A stretch of DNA of 64,000 nucleotides from Microcoleus sp. (GCA_052279835.1 CP181291.1:2656001-2720000); one strand, 5' to 3'; counted from the first letter of the stretch, positions 50,581 to 61,635 are shown. A program made the numbers and translations. Notes: generated by a model from the sequence alone, not told the origin.

Positions 50581-51192
50581 TTGACACTTCCACAAGGCCG
50601 CGAAAGCGTCCTAGATTGGCTCAGAGACCACGTTCCTGCTGCTCGCATCACACATATTCTCGGAGTCGAGCAATCCGCAGGTGACTTGGCTCGACTTTAC
50701 GGCCTCGATGAAGCTAAAGCTCGATCGGCCGGATTGTTGCATGATTTGGCAAAATACTTCAAACCTCAACTGCTACTGGAAATGGCAAAGGGGGAAGGTT
50801 TAGAGCTAGACTCGGTGTTAATAGCGCACCCACACCTGCTACACGCAGATGTCAGCGCCATTGTCGCCAGAGATGAGTTTGGGGTGGTCGATCGAGAAAT
50901 ATTGGACGCAATTGCTAACCATACCCTCGGCAGACCAAATATGAGTCAGCTCAGTTGTACCGTATTTGTAGCGGATACGATCGAGCCTAGCCGCGGTAAC
51001 ACCCCCGAACTAGAAGCGCTGCGTTGGGCAAGCGTGCAAAATCTTTATGCCGCCGTCTGGCAAGCCAGCGATTATGCTCTTAAATATTTGCTAGAAACTC
51101 GGTGCTACATCCACCCGCGGACGGTACTTACCCGCAATTGGGCGCTGCAAATGACTAGAGCTAAAGAAACAAGAAATTTGACGGAGGAGTAG
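50581..51192 (+). CDS. yqeK: HD-domain Ap4A hydrolase YqeK
   Basis: H-x2-GV, LLHDLAK, LLHA, HT and ADTIEP motifs; upstream of rsfS. Confidence 0.9.
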   Translation: MTLPQGRESVLDWLRDHVPAARITHILGVEQSAGDLARLYGLDEAKARSAGLLHDLAKYFKPQLLLEMAKGEGLELDSVLIAHPHLLHADVSAIVARDEFGVVDREILDAIANHTLGRPNMSQLSCTVFVADTIEPSRGNTPELEALRWASVQNLYAAVWQASDYALKYLLETRCYIHPRTVLTRNWALQMTRAKETRNLTEE

Positions 51193-51577
51193 ATAGCACC
51201 AATCACAAGTTAAAAGCAAAATTTACAAATTGAAGCTGACAGGTAGTTGCAGCTTAACACCAGCTTTCAATTTTTGGTGACTGATTGTCTATTATAATAA
51301 GTAGCAATTATCTCAAAAAACGACTACCCAAGACAGTCTAATGCTCAAAGGTCAAAAAATACTCTGTCCCCAAAAAGATCTGTGAGCCTTAACAGAATCT
51401 ACCAAAATCATCGTAGAACAACTGCTGCAATTATCAAACAACCTGTTGAAAGTTGTCACCTATGAGACCCACAGAAATAATTTACTGATGGTCATCCACT
51501 CAAATCAAGAAATCGAAAGTTTCATCAAACTCAAGGGAGATCGTCAATTAGCCCTTACTTAGGAACTTAAACACTGA

Positions 51578-52003
51578 ATGTCAGATAGAACCCAACTCGA
51601 ATATACCTTGGCTCAGTCTACAGCCACTCCAGGTGCATCCCCAGACCCAACTCGCCCCCTAGCTTTGACCATTGCCCGTGCTGCCGAAGACCGCAAAGGG
51701 GATGATATTGTCTTGCTTCGGGTATCAGAAGTGTGCTACTTAGCAGATTACTTTGCGATCATCACCGGATTTTCCAACGTGCAGGTACGAGCTATCTCCC
51801 AAGCGATCGCCGACCAAGTAGAAGCAGAATGGGAACGCTTGCCACTGCGCATAGAAGGGCAATCAGATGCCAGTTGGGTAGTGATGGACTACGGCGACGT
51901 GATCGTCCACATATTGAAACCTCAAGAGCGTGAATTCTACAATTTAGAAGCGTTCTGGGGACACGCCGAACGCATTGACTTTTCTGTCGCGCCGAGAGGA
52001 TAG
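51578..52003 (+). CDS. rsfS: Ribosome silencing factor (Iojap)
   Basis: DRKGDDI, WVVMDYGDVIVH and REFYNLEAFW motifs. Confidence 0.95.
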   Translation: MSDRTQLEYTLAQSTATPGASPDPTRPLALTIARAAEDRKGDDIVLLRVSEVCYLADYFAIITGFSNVQVRAISQAIADQVEAEWERLPLRIEGQSDASWVVMDYGDVIVHILKPQEREFYNLEAFWGHAERIDFSVAPRG

Positions 52004-52008
52004 CTAAT

Positions 52009-52509
52009 GTGAAAGACACTTCTGTTTCTATTTGTCCTGTTCCGCAAGAACAGCGACCACTCAATGAATACCAAGAACTCAAAGAGTCCTGGTTTTTTAG
52101 TTGGGCAACTCTCACTTGGTCTGAGTATTTGGCAAAACTGGCTTGGGTATGGGGTTGGAGTTGCTTGGTATCCGGGCCGATAGCTGCTGCGAGCTTTGTT
52201 CCGGTCAAGTATCCAGTTCAGTTTGCCCTCAGTGGTGCCGCTGGTGCCACTTTTATTCTAGGATTAGCTTTGCTGCGACTGTACTTGGGTTGGTTCTATG
52301 TGCGATCGCGCCTTTCTAACCCCACAGTCGTTTACGAAGAATCTGGCTGGTATGACGGTCAATCCTGGGTGAAAACTCCTGAAGTCTTGCTTCAAGACCA
52401 GTTAATTGTCAACTACCAACTAGAACCAATTCTGAAGCGTCTGCGGCAGACATTTTATGGTTTGACGGTATTCCTGTTTGCCGGGGGAGTAATTTGGAGT
52501 TGTTTGTAA
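52009..52509 (+). CDS. ycf36: CGLD27/Ycf36 family membrane protein
   Basis: CPVPQEQRPLNEY and YEESGWYDGQ motifs. Confidence 0.88.
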   Translation: MKDTSVSICPVPQEQRPLNEYQELKESWFFSWATLTWSEYLAKLAWVWGWSCLVSGPIAAASFVPVKYPVQFALSGAAGATFILGLALLRLYLGWFYVRSRLSNPTVVYEESGWYDGQSWVKTPEVLLQDQLIVNYQLEPILKRLRQTFYGLTVFLFAGGVIWSCL

Positions 52510-52666
52510 TCGGCAATGGGTGCTGGGGGATTATGAGTTTTGAGCGATCGGTCTTGGCTGCAAGATCCAATTTGTAACTGACAAATCGCAACTGATAAAT
52601 TACACTCGCAATTCATAAATTCCTCAAGCCCAATCTAAAATCTAAACTCTAAAATCTAAAATTGAT

Positions 52667-53620
52667 ATGACAAGGGGAAAACGAACCCAAGCTCCAGAAC
52701 TGGAAGTCAGACTGCTGCGCGAAGGTATTGTGGAATCTAAGCACCGGGTCCAGGCTGCTGTCTGCGACAATCGCGGCCGCGTTTTGTCCGTTGCTGGTAA
52801 CTCGGAAACGGCAACCTTTGTCCGTTCTTCACTCAAACCTTTTCAAGCTTTGGCTGTGACAGCGACCGGTACTTTAGAACGCTACGAACTCACGGATCGA
52901 GACTTAGCGATTATGTGCAGTTCTCATCAAGGTACGATCGAGCAATCGCGACAGGTGTTTAACGTCCTGTGGCGCTGCGACATTGACCCTTCTAAACTGC
53001 AATGCCCGATTCCTGAAGGTAAAAAGAGTTCCCTGCAATACAACTGTTCCGGCAAACACGCCGGGATGCTGGCAGTCTGTCAGCAACTGCACTGGCCGCT
53101 GGAAACTTATTTGCGGCGCAAACATCCCGTCCAGCAGCTTATTTTGGGCAAGGTGGCTGACTTACTGGCAATGCCAGCCGAAGAGTTTATCAGCGCTCGC
53201 GACGACTGTGGGGCTCCTACTTATTTATTGCAGTTGGGGCAAATGGCTTCTCTCTACGCTAAGTTGGCCAGTGGTGACAATGTGGATATGGAGCGGATTA
53301 TTCGCGCTATGACTCACCACCCGATGATGGTGGCCGGTGAGGGCAAATTTGACACGGAACTGATGCGCTTGACCCAAGGGGAGTTGGTGAGCAAGTCCGG
53401 TGCCGAGGGCGTGCAGTGCATTGGCCGGGTTGGCGAAGGTATGGGTTTGGCAATTAAGGTAACAGATGGGGCAAAGCGGGCTAAATATGCTGTGGCGATT
53501 CACTTGCTCAAGCAGTTGGGGTGGATCACGGCGGCGATCGCCGAAACTCTTTCGGAAACTTACATGACTCTGAGTGAATTCAAGCGCTTGGAGGTAGTCG
53601 GGGAAGTTTCCATGCTCTAA
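52667..53620 (+). CDS. L-asparaginase II family protein
   Basis: RSSLKPFQA, NCSGKHAGML, DDCGAP and SKSGAEG motifs. Confidence 0.9.
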   Translation: MTRGKRTQAPELEVRLLREGIVESKHRVQAAVCDNRGRVLSVAGNSETATFVRSSLKPFQALAVTATGTLERYELTDRDLAIMCSSHQGTIEQSRQVFNVLWRCDIDPSKLQCPIPEGKKSSLQYNCSGKHAGMLAVCQQLHWPLETYLRRKHPVQQLILGKVADLLAMPAEEFISARDDCGAPTYLLQLGQMASLYAKLASGDNVDMERIIRAMTHHPMMVAGEGKFDTELMRLTQGELVSKSGAEGVQCIGRVGEGMGLAIKVTDGAKRAKYAVAIHLLKQLGWITAAIAETLSETYMTLSEFKRLEVVGEVSML

Positions 53621-53687
53621 AAGTGCTGATGGCAAGCCGATTTGAGCAACCCCACCCACCCTCTCAAAAGTTTTTTTGATTTAGGGG

Positions 53688-53717
53688 TTGCTATTTTCCT
53701 AAAGGTATGTTTATATT
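53688..53717 (+). promoter_or_regulatory. Sigma70-type promoter for the tRNA
   Basis: TTGCTA-18 bp-TATATT upstream of the tRNA. Confidence 0.6.
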
Positions 53718-53735
53718 AGATAAGAGAGAAAGCGA

Positions 53736-53812
<77 letters not shown>

Positions 53813-53828
53813 AATTAAATAAAACAAT

Positions 53829-53863
53829 CCCCTATAACCCAAAAGGTTATGGGGGTTTTGTTT
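53829..53863 (+). terminator. Rho-independent terminator after the tRNA
   Basis: CCCCTATAACC-CAAAA-GGTTATGGGG followed by a T-rich run. Confidence 0.75.
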
Positions 53864-53886
53864 GATGAGACAAATAAATTCGAGCG

Positions 53887-54084
53887 CTAAATCTGCTGGG
53901 CTTGCAGCCAATCAAAAATCAGGTTGAGTTGTTCAAGTGTAACCAGCCCGTACTGCCACAGAACCAGAGGCAGTTGACCTGCATCTTGTTCGCCATGCCG
54001 CAGAGCTAGTGCGATCGCCGAATGCGAGATCGCTAACTCCCCCTGCAAATAATCGATCAGTTGAGCCTTTCCCATCACCTTCAC
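53887..54084 (-). CDS. DUF2949 family protein
   Basis: LPLVLWQYGLVTLEQL-x2-IFDWL motif. Confidence 0.85.
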   Translation of the reverse strand: MKVMGKAQLIDYLQGELAISHSAIALALRHGEQDAGQLPLVLWQYGLVTLEQLNLIFDWLQAQQI

Positions 54085-54264
54085 CGCCAGTTTTATACGC
54101 TTTTTGTAAAGATATGTACCTAATCGGGCTGAATCAGAGATTTAGTTATCCTGATTCTCGGTGGATCGAGGGGAGTTTGGTGTGATGAGAAGTGCCTATA
54201 AATTGTGATATAAATGGTCACAAAAGGCGATCGCTATCACCAAAAATCAAATTATTGCAAATTC

Positions 54265-54645
54265 CTACAATCCTAGCTGAATCTGAACTCCCCCTCCAGT
54301 ACCAGTGTCACTAGGTTTGGGAGGTAAAGGATTTGCTTGGCGCTCGGCATCGGAAGGAGTGGCGATCGAGTCCAATTGGCGATCGCTTTTGATCCGAAAA
54401 GTGTTGCTCCAGCGACTAGCTCTGATACCCAAATCACCCACGGTTTGTGGTTCACCAAGCCAGTATTGATAGTCAGAGTCAAGGGTTCTATCTTCCACCG
54501 TCCTCAGCGAATCTCCTGATAAAGTCGTTTCTGAATTTTGTGGCACTATTTGGGGTCTTGGTTGGGCTAGAACCGGCAGAGTCATACCGATTAACATGGA
54601 GTTCAGTCCCAAAACAGTGCCAAGAGTAGCCATAATTACATTCAC
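54265..54645 (-). CDS. Secreted hypothetical protein
   Basis: Signal peptide ending PVLAQ; AAGGAG upstream of the GTG start. Confidence 0.65.
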   Translation of the reverse strand: MNVIMATLGTVLGLNSMLIGMTLPVLAQPRPQIVPQNSETTLSGDSLRTVEDRTLDSDYQYWLGEPQTVGDLGIRASRWSNTFRIKSDRQLDSIATPSDAERQANPLPPKPSDTGTGGGVQIQLGL

Positions 54646-54993
54646 GATCGCTCCTTGTGCGGCGTTGCATCCTAGTATTCTGATTATATCCAGTTTAAAA
54701 TTCCTAAAGTGTCGAATTAACCAGCGTCAGCTAGAAAGCCAAGCTCATAGTCCGCGGGGGAAAGCTATCCTGAAGGCGCGCCTTCCCGAAGGGTAGTCAG
54801 AAATCGCCCCTGTTGCGAAAGCGGGCGATCGGGTTAAGATAATGGTGACATAAGTGGCAAATTTAATCCGTGGTGCAAAAATATGAGTTTTTAACAGCAA
54901 ATTGCCCGAAAAAACTCTTTCAATTTCACAATCTACCCTACTGAGGTTGCAGTTTACCTAAACATTGTGGGTTATTAAAAGTTTAGCTTCATC

Positions 54994-57882
54994 ATGCCAA
55001 TCAGATATGTGACCAACCAGATTGTAACAATGTTGGGCAAAGTACCAATTCGGATCGTCCTGGTTGTGCCTTTTGCCCTCCAGACTTTTGCTGCTGTAGG
55101 TCTAACTGGGTGGCTATCGCTGCGGAACGGGCGCATAGCAGTCAACGATGTGGCTGCCCAACTGCGGGCAGAAGTTACATCGCGTATCCAGCAACATATT
55201 AATAGTTATATTGCCACGCCACACCAAATCAATCAGCTAAATATTGATGCCATCCGTCTCGGTATTTTAAAACTAGATGATTCCGCTAGTTTGCAGAAAT
55301 ACTTTACCCAACAAATCCAAGCCTTCGATAAAATTAGCTATATTGAATTCGGCTCAGAAAAAAAAGATTTTATTGGAGTTGAACGCCTCACTGATGGTAA
55401 TTTACAATTTCAGATTTCTAACAAATCTACTGGCTATCATTTTCAGAGCTACGCAGCCTCGGAGTTAGGGACACCAAGCAAGCTGTTAAAAAGTAGTCCC
55501 AACTACGACCCTCGCATCCGCCCATGGTACACAGCACCATTGGAAACTGGCAAACCGACTTGGAGCAAAATTTATACTTATTTTGACTCACCAAAACTAG
55601 CGATTACCGCGGCTGCACCGGTTTACGGCGAAGGCGGCCAACTGATTGGAGTAGTGGGTTCAGACTTGATACTTTCCCATATCAATAAATTCTTAAACCA
55701 TCTAAAAATAGGTAAATCGGGAGAGACTTTTATTGTAGAAAAGTCTGGTGAATTGGTGGCAAATTCGACTCAGGAACCGCCATTTATTGTTAGTAATGGT
55801 GTGGCAAAACGGATTAGGGCAACGAGCAGCAATAATCCTTTGATTCGATCGACTGCTCGCTATTTGACCAAGCGCTTCGGGGATTTGAGGAAGATTAATG
55901 ACACTTATCAGCTAGATTTTGCGATCGACGGGGAACGGCAATTTCTACAAGTAACACCGCTGGTTGATGAGAGAGGGATCGACTGGCTGATTGTGGTGGC
56001 GGTTCCTGAAGCCGATTTTATGGAAAGGATTCACAGCAACACTCGCGACACTGTGTGGCTGTGTTTTGGTGCTTTGGTGGTGGCGATCGCGATTGGTGGC
56101 TTAACTTCGAGGTGGATTGTGGTCCCAATTCAGCGTCTGAGTAAGGCTGCGGAGGATTTGTCGCGGGGAGAATGGGACTCGACGGCGCTAGATCCGCAGT
56201 TGATGGCATCTGTCAAGCGCGAGGATGAGGTGGGTGTTCTGGCGCGTTCTTTTCATCGGATGGCGGGTCAGTTGGAAGAGTCTTTTACTACTCTAGAAGA
56301 TCGGGTGGAATCGGCGATCGCCGACAAAACTCAATTAATTAGTTCTCTCAAAAACTCCCAGCAAAAACTCGCTCTCCACCTGCATCAAACTCCTTTAGGG
56401 GCTATTGAATGGAATCTCAATTTTGAAGTAGCGGAATGGAATTTATCAGCCGAAAGAATTTTTGGCTACAACCGTTTGGAAGCTATGGGACGTCACGGAG
56501 TCGATCTGATCGTTCCTGAAAGTGCTAAGGAGTACGTCAGGCAATTATCTATCACTTTGTTAACTAATCAAGGAGGAGTTAGTAGCATCAACGAGAACGT
56601 CAGAAAAGATGGTAAAGTTATTCTTTGCGAGTGGTACAATACTACTTTGGTGGATACTAATGGTTGTATAATCGGAGTAGCATCGCTGGTTCAAGATGTG
56701 ACTGATTTTCACAATGCTATGGCGCAGTTGCGGGCTAGCGAGGAGCGGTTTCGTCAGTTGGCAGAAAATATTCACGAGGTATTTTGGATTAGAGAACCAA
56801 ATCACAAGCAGATAGTTTATGTGAGTCCAGCTTGTGAGAAAATATGGAATCGGAGCAGTCAGATTTTGTATTCTGAACCAACATCTTTTTGGGATGCGAT
56901 TCATCCAGACGATCGCGATCGCATCTATGCTGCTTTTGAGAAACAGGTGCGGGGCGATTATGATGAGGAATATCGAGTAGTGCGATCGTCCGGCTCAGTC
57001 TGTTGGGTACGCGATCGGGCTTTTCCAGTACGGAACGAAACAGGAGAAATTTACCGCATCGTCGGCATTGCCGAAGATATTACCCAGCGCAAATTAGCAG
57101 AAGAATTCCAAAAAGTCGCTCAAACTGCTCAAGCTGCCAACCAAGCAAAAAGCGCATTTTTAGCCAATATGAGCCACGAATTGCGAACTCCCCTCAACGC
57201 GATTATCGGCTACAGCGATCTACTCAAAGAAGATGCTGAGGACTTGGGTTGCGAAGATTTTATCCCTGACTTGCTGAAAATTCAAACTGCTGGGAAACAC
57301 TTGCTATCTTTAATTAGTGACATTCTGGATATTTCTAAGATAGAAGCAGGGCGAATGGAACTATATTTAGAAACTTTCAGCCCTGCTCATTTAATTGATG
57401 AGGTAGTTTCGACTGTCGAATCCTTGGTGCATAAAAATTCTAATAAGTTTGAAGTAGATTGCGATCAAGAGTTGGGAGTGATGTATGCTGATATTACTAA
57501 AACTAGGCAAATATTACTCAACTTGCTGAGCAATGCCGCCAAATTCACTAAAGGTGGCAAGATTAAAATCAGCGTTGAAAGAGTGAAAAACCAAAGCTCA
57601 AAGCTGCACCAACAAGAAGACTCTCGCGAATGGATAGTTTTCCGGGTAGCAGATACAGGTATTGGTATTCCCCCGGAACAATTACAGCATTTATTTCAAG
57701 CTTTTATACAGGGCGATGCCTCCACCACGCGCCAGTATGGCGGCACGGGTTTAGGATTAACCATTAGCCGTCACTTTTGCCTGATGATGGGTGGCGATAT
57801 TCAAGTCGAAAGTCAGTTAGGTTGCGGTTCTATTTTTACTGTGCGCTTGCCCGATCGCGTTACATTAAAAAGAGAGAGTTAA
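54994..57882 (+). CDS. Sensor histidine kinase (dCache-HAMP-PAS-PAS-HisKA-HATPase)
   Basis: YDPRIRPWY Cache motif, FLANMSHELRTPLNAIIG, NAAKFT and GGTGLGL. Confidence 0.93.
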   Translation: MPIRYVTNQIVTMLGKVPIRIVLVVPFALQTFAAVGLTGWLSLRNGRIAVNDVAAQLRAEVTSRIQQHINSYIATPHQINQLNIDAIRLGILKLDDSASLQKYFTQQIQAFDKISYIEFGSEKKDFIGVERLTDGNLQFQISNKSTGYHFQSYAASELGTPSKLLKSSPNYDPRIRPWYTAPLETGKPTWSKIYTYFDSPKLAITAAAPVYGEGGQLIGVVGSDLILSHINKFLNHLKIGKSGETFIVEKSGELVANSTQEPPFIVSNGVAKRIRATSSNNPLIRSTARYLTKRFGDLRKINDTYQLDFAIDGERQFLQVTPLVDERGIDWLIVVAVPEADFMERIHSNTRDTVWLCFGALVVAIAIGGLTSRWIVVPIQRLSKAAEDLSRGEWDSTALDPQLMASVKREDEVGVLARSFHRMAGQLEESFTTLEDRVESAIADKTQLISSLKNSQQKLALHLHQTPLGAIEWNLNFEVAEWNLSAERIFGYNRLEAMGRHGVDLIVPESAKEYVRQLSITLLTNQGGVSSINENVRKDGKVILCEWYNTTLVDTNGCIIGVASLVQDVTDFHNAMAQLRASEERFRQLAENIHEVFWIREPNHKQIVYVSPACEKIWNRSSQILYSEPTSFWDAIHPDDRDRIYAAFEKQVRGDYDEEYRVVRSSGSVCWVRDRAFPVRNETGEIYRIVGIAEDITQRKLAEEFQKVAQTAQAANQAKSAFLANMSHELRTPLNAIIGYSDLLKEDAEDLGCEDFIPDLLKIQTAGKHLLSLISDILDISKIEAGRMELYLETFSPAHLIDEVVSTVESLVHKNSNKFEVDCDQELGVMYADITKTRQILLNLLSNAAKFTKGGKIKISVERVKNQSSKLHQQEDSREWIVFRVADTGIGIPPEQLQHLFQAFIQGDASTTRQYGGTGLGLTISRHFCLMMGGDIQVESQLGCGSIFTVRLPDRVTLKRES

Positions 57883-57903
57883 AGTCATGACTACCAAAGG
57901 ATT

Positions 57904-58497
57904 TTAATTTTTAATTTGAGGTTTTTGTCGCCCCAAAAGTTGGGCGGTTAATACACCACCGACAAACCCAAAAAAATGGGCTTGCCATGAAACTCCTGGC
58001 TGAGATGGTAATACTCCCCAAATTAAACTGCCGTAGAAGAAACCAACAATTAAAGATAGTAAAATTGAAGTAAAGCTACGCTCAAAGTAGCCCCGCAGCA
58101 GCAAAAAGCCGAAGTAACCAAAGATTAATCCGCTGGCACCAATATGAACGGAATTGGGCGCGCCGGTTAACCAAACTCCCAATCCGCTAACTAGCATAGT
58201 GACGCCACTCACGACAAAAAAATCGCTAACTTCTCGTAGCATAATCAACCAACCCAATGTCACAAAAGGAAGGGTATTGGCGGCTAAGTGGGCAAAACTG
58301 CCGTGTAGAAAAGGCATTAACAGGATGCCTTGAAGTCCGTCAAGGTTGCGGGGGCGCACTCCGTAGGAATTGAGGGCGCCTCGGAAAACAAATACATCGA
58401 CAATCTCTATCATCCAGAAGAGGGCGACGCAGCTACCGAGAATGGCGACATGACTTTGCAATTCCCTGGTGATAGTTTTGGTATTTGGGTTGCTCAT
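57904..58497 (-). CDS. Rhomboid family intramembrane serine protease
   Basis: PFLHG-x2-AHL-x2-N, GASG and SWQAHFFG motifs. Confidence 0.92.
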   Translation of the reverse strand: MSNPNTKTITRELQSHVAILGSCVALFWMIEIVDVFVFRGALNSYGVRPRNLDGLQGILLMPFLHGSFAHLAANTLPFVTLGWLIMLREVSDFFVVSGVTMLVSGLGVWLTGAPNSVHIGASGLIFGYFGFLLLRGYFERSFTSILLSLIVGFFYGSLIWGVLPSQPGVSWQAHFFGFVGGVLTAQLLGRQKPQIKN

Positions 58498-59078
58498 GGT
58501 TGGTGAGGGTGATGATTGACGGCTATGTATAATTGTAGAATTTTTTGAGCGATCGCTCCAGGAATAGTTGAGGCTGGGTTTCAAAGAATTTTGTAGCCAC
58601 ACTCATTTGTAATTCTTATCACTTTTATCTAAAATTCCGCATTTTCACGTATGGAATAATTCACAGAAATCAGTCAGAATTAAAAGAGAACTACAAAAAG
58701 TGAGTCAACCGAATGTAGAAAGTAAAACATCAAAGGCAGAATTTCTAGCCCATAGATGAATCCTTGGTCTGGAAGTAAGGACACTTTTTCGATCGCACAC
58801 TCTGTCTGAAAAAAGTATTGTATTAGACCATACAATGTCAGGGTAAGCAAGCCGAGCAAAGTTTTTTCCTGCTGGTTTGAGCATCACTGCCTTGGTGCGA
58901 TCGCACAGCCTGGAACTAGATCAAAAATTCAAGGAACTAATTTTTTCGCCAAAAGTCATTAATTCAAGAAGTTCAATCCGGTAAAGCAAAACGGGATGCT
59001 GTAGATACTGATTGTAGATAATCTCTTAACTCTACAGAGAGTTCTAGGCACCTCGTTGTAAAAGAGGAACAGATCAAA

Positions 59079-59456
59079 ATGAATGTATTTCAGCATACAG
59101 TACCCCACCGCACTCTGCCAATTTGGGTATGGGTTGGTAAACAAGAAACCGCCGTTAGTGTCGCTACAAATCCTCAACCTTACGGTAAAAAACCGCGCTT
59201 TGACTTATTGCATCCCCTGAAACAGTGGCTGGATAGCACCGAAATTAAAAGTCAAAAATTGGCTCGATTGTTGTGTAAGTTTATTCCGTCCCAGTGTCCG
59301 TTTGAGCGAGAAATCAAAGTTGGCGATCGCACTTTATTTCGCATTCCGCCGATGTGCAAGTTAAACCCGCTTTACGAACAAGTAGTGGGGATGCGGTTTC
59401 GAGCTTTGTGTTATTTGGCTGATGAGTGTGGCGAGGATGTGACTCCCTATTGTTAA
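59079..59456 (+). CDS. Mo-dependent nitrogenase C-terminal domain-containing protein (function unknown)
   Basis: IPSQCPFER, IPPMCKLNPLYEQ and RFRALCYLADECGED motifs. Confidence 0.85.
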   Translation: MNVFQHTVPHRTLPIWVWVGKQETAVSVATNPQPYGKKPRFDLLHPLKQWLDSTEIKSQKLARLLCKFIPSQCPFEREIKVGDRTLFRIPPMCKLNPLYEQVVGMRFRALCYLADECGEDVTPYC

Positions 59457-59656
59457 TTCTGTAAAAGCTTCAATTTCTAACTCTATTTTATGGTAACTCT
59501 CCCTATTCCTTGTTGGGGAGGGTTTTTTTAGTTTCAGATTGTTCAGCGGTTGAAACCGCTACTAAACAAGTGAAGTCTGCCTCCGCAGACTAAGAGATAT
59601 CCTTTTAGAGCCCCGATTTCTTTAAGAATTCGGGGCTCTAGCAGCATCGGATTTAG

Positions 59657-60112
59657 CTAAAAGGAGCGAATTACTCGTTGTTCGAGAATGCGTTTGCCGT
59701 TTTTATAAACACTGAGGCTGGCTCCTGTAACAATGTAATCGTAGGCGCCATTTTTGGCAACGTAACCCGTTCCCTCTTCAGTGCGGGCACGCAGCGAGAT
59801 CGTGCTGCCGTTACTCTTTTTAACGCCATAGTAATATAGTTGATTGGCGTGGTTGTAGCACAGATAAATGCGAAAGTTGCTGGTCTCAAAATAGTGTTCT
59901 ACTTTCTGTCCCTTGCGAACACAAAAATCTCTCACCAGTTTTTCGGGAGTGGATGAGTTGGCTATTTGTATTGTTTCAGTGGGAAACTGAGTGCGAGATG
60001 CTGATCTCGTGCTATCATTGGATTGTCCTAGGGCAAAGGTTGCAGCGGGATTGCTGGCAAATAGCATTAAACCGAGTAAGCTGGTTTGGGTCAGTCTGGC
60101 TGTGAAGTTCAT
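59657..60112 (-). CDS. Secreted hypothetical protein
   Basis: Signal peptide; FET-x2-F-x-IYLC...YYG and A-x-NG-x3-Y beta-rich domain. Confidence 0.7.
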   Translation of the reverse strand: MNFTARLTQTSLLGLMLFASNPAATFALGQSNDSTRSASRTQFPTETIQIANSSTPEKLVRDFCVRKGQKVEHYFETSNFRIYLCYNHANQLYYYGVKKSNGSTISLRARTEEGTGYVAKNGAYDYIVTGASLSVYKNGKRILEQRVIRSF

Positions 60113-60522
60113 AAATCTTTCGTTTAAAATATGTTGATGCGTCTAATCTAGATAAATTGGATTGATTGGCGCGAGCGCACATTACAGTTTTCACAATTGG
60201 TCTAAAGGAGGAAATGCTTTGATGCAATTTCCGTTTCCCCTGAGATTTTGTACCATTCTCAATAAGCTTTCAGAGGCAGGCTAGAAGCCCGCCCCACAAA
60301 AGGATTGAATGTATAGTCAAAAGCCCGTTGCTGAGAATGGTATTTTTCGGTGAGTTTGCCCGCAACTGACTAGCCAGGGGACAATTAAATAACTGGCACT
60401 TTCGATCCCCGATCGGGCTTATGCACTAACAGGCGATCGCGAGGACAAAGCAGAGAATTATTTTAAATATTGTGCGCCAACTGCGGGCGCGGATGCTAAG
60501 TTTCATCAATTCTCGATCGGTT

Positions 60523-60629
60523 AGGACTTACGCATAAGTACCAAAGAAACCGGGTTTTTTGCCGTTTTTGTCACTTTAACGGGGTATTTTTCACAAAAAT
60601 CCGGTTTCTGCCCACTCGTGGGTCCAGGA
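60523..60629. repeat. MITE-like element (AGGACTTACGCA family)
   Basis: AGGACTTACGCA...GAAACCGGG...CCGGTTTC. Confidence 0.7.
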
Positions 60630-60678
60630 TTATAAGTGCGATCGTCCGCCACGCACCCGCAACCCACGAGGGAACTGT

Positions 60679-60897
60679 TTACGTGTCGTTTTTGGGCTTT
60701 TCCGGCCCAGAAGGTAGATCTCCCTTTTTTTTGGCTTCTAACACCGCTGTTTCAACGATAAAAGCTATCAAACTAGCTGTGGGTCTACCTTGTCGATCGG
60801 CCCACAGTTCTAAGGATTCATAGATGTAGTCGGGGAGTGTGATGTGAACGCGCTTGCTCACTGTGAATACTTGCTTTTTGCTAACGCTCGCAATCAT
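60679..60897 (-). CDS. CopG-like ribbon-helix-helix protein
   Basis: SKRVHITLPD...LELWA-x2-QGRPTASLIAFIVE. Confidence 0.8.
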   Translation of the reverse strand: MIASVSKKQVFTVSKRVHITLPDYIYESLELWADRQGRPTASLIAFIVETAVLEAKKKGDLPSGPEKPKNDT

Positions 60898-60992
60898 ACA
60901 AGTTTACGCCGATCGTTCGACTAATTTTGGTTGGTAGTTGATAAGCGTGCGATCGCCTTTGGTTTGAGAAGGGCGATCGTACAAATTATATT

Positions 60993-61215
60993 TCAGGCTC
61001 GATCGGGATTGTCCTCTTCGTAATCCATTAAGTCTCCGGGCTTGCAATTTAGTGATTTGCAGAGAACGTTTAACGTTGCTGCGTCTATTCGGGTCAGGTA
61101 ACGGCGAGTTTTGAGCCGAGAAATAGACCCTGGGATTCATGCCCGTGAGGAGGGCCAGTTCTTTGTTACTGATATTCCGATCGGCCATGACAACTGCTAA
61201 TCTCCACCGGATCAC
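60993..61215 (-). pseudogene. XRE/Cro-C1 (HTH_26) regulator with a +1 frameshift
   Basis: Removing one base near 61129 gives IRWRLAVVMADR...MNPRSISRLK...TLNVLCKSLNCKPGDLM...*. Confidence 0.8.
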
Positions 61216-61344
61216 TGTTTAACTACTCACAAGCTTTGCAAGGCAGATGCTAGCACCTTGTCGGTCAAATTTTTTCCTGCATAGACTATACCAGTAGTAA
61301 AATAGACCGTTGCGGTTGTCATATTACTTTATTTGGATTAAACT

Positions 61345-61458
61345 AGGGTCGTTGTCGGTCGCTTTCGCAGTTGGTCTGATGCAGAGGGTCACTTGCGAGT
61401 TCTCAAACAACTGCTTCCGGCTGCGAGATTGACTTTAGTTTTCGATCCGATCGACTAA
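61345..61458 (+). pseudogene. 5'-truncated paralog of the 49959-50138 small protein
   Basis: RVVVGRFRSWSDAEGHLRVLKQLLPAARLTLVFDPID*. Confidence 0.7.
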
Positions 61459-61498
61459 TTTTGATTGCGAGTTGATTGTTAAACTAGACGCAAGATAT

Positions 61499-61611
61499 CA
61501 GAATTACGCATCAAAACCTTCATAAACCGGGTTTTTGCGGTTTTTGCAGACTCTAACAAAGTATTCTCGTAAAAACCCGGTTTCTGACCACCCGTGAGTA
61601 ATATAAGTCCT
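61499..61611. repeat. MITE-like element (AGGACTTACGCA family, degenerate)
   Basis: TTACGCA...AAACCGGGTTTTT...AAAAACCCGGTTT...TAAGTCCT. Confidence 0.65.
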
Positions 61612-61635
61612 AATCTATTGAATTGGGGAAAAACC

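Noticed and set aside
59079..59456. 'Mo-dependent nitrogenase' domain as evidence of nitrogen fixation
   Set aside because: The family name is misleading; the domain is common in cyanobacteria and no nif genes are present.
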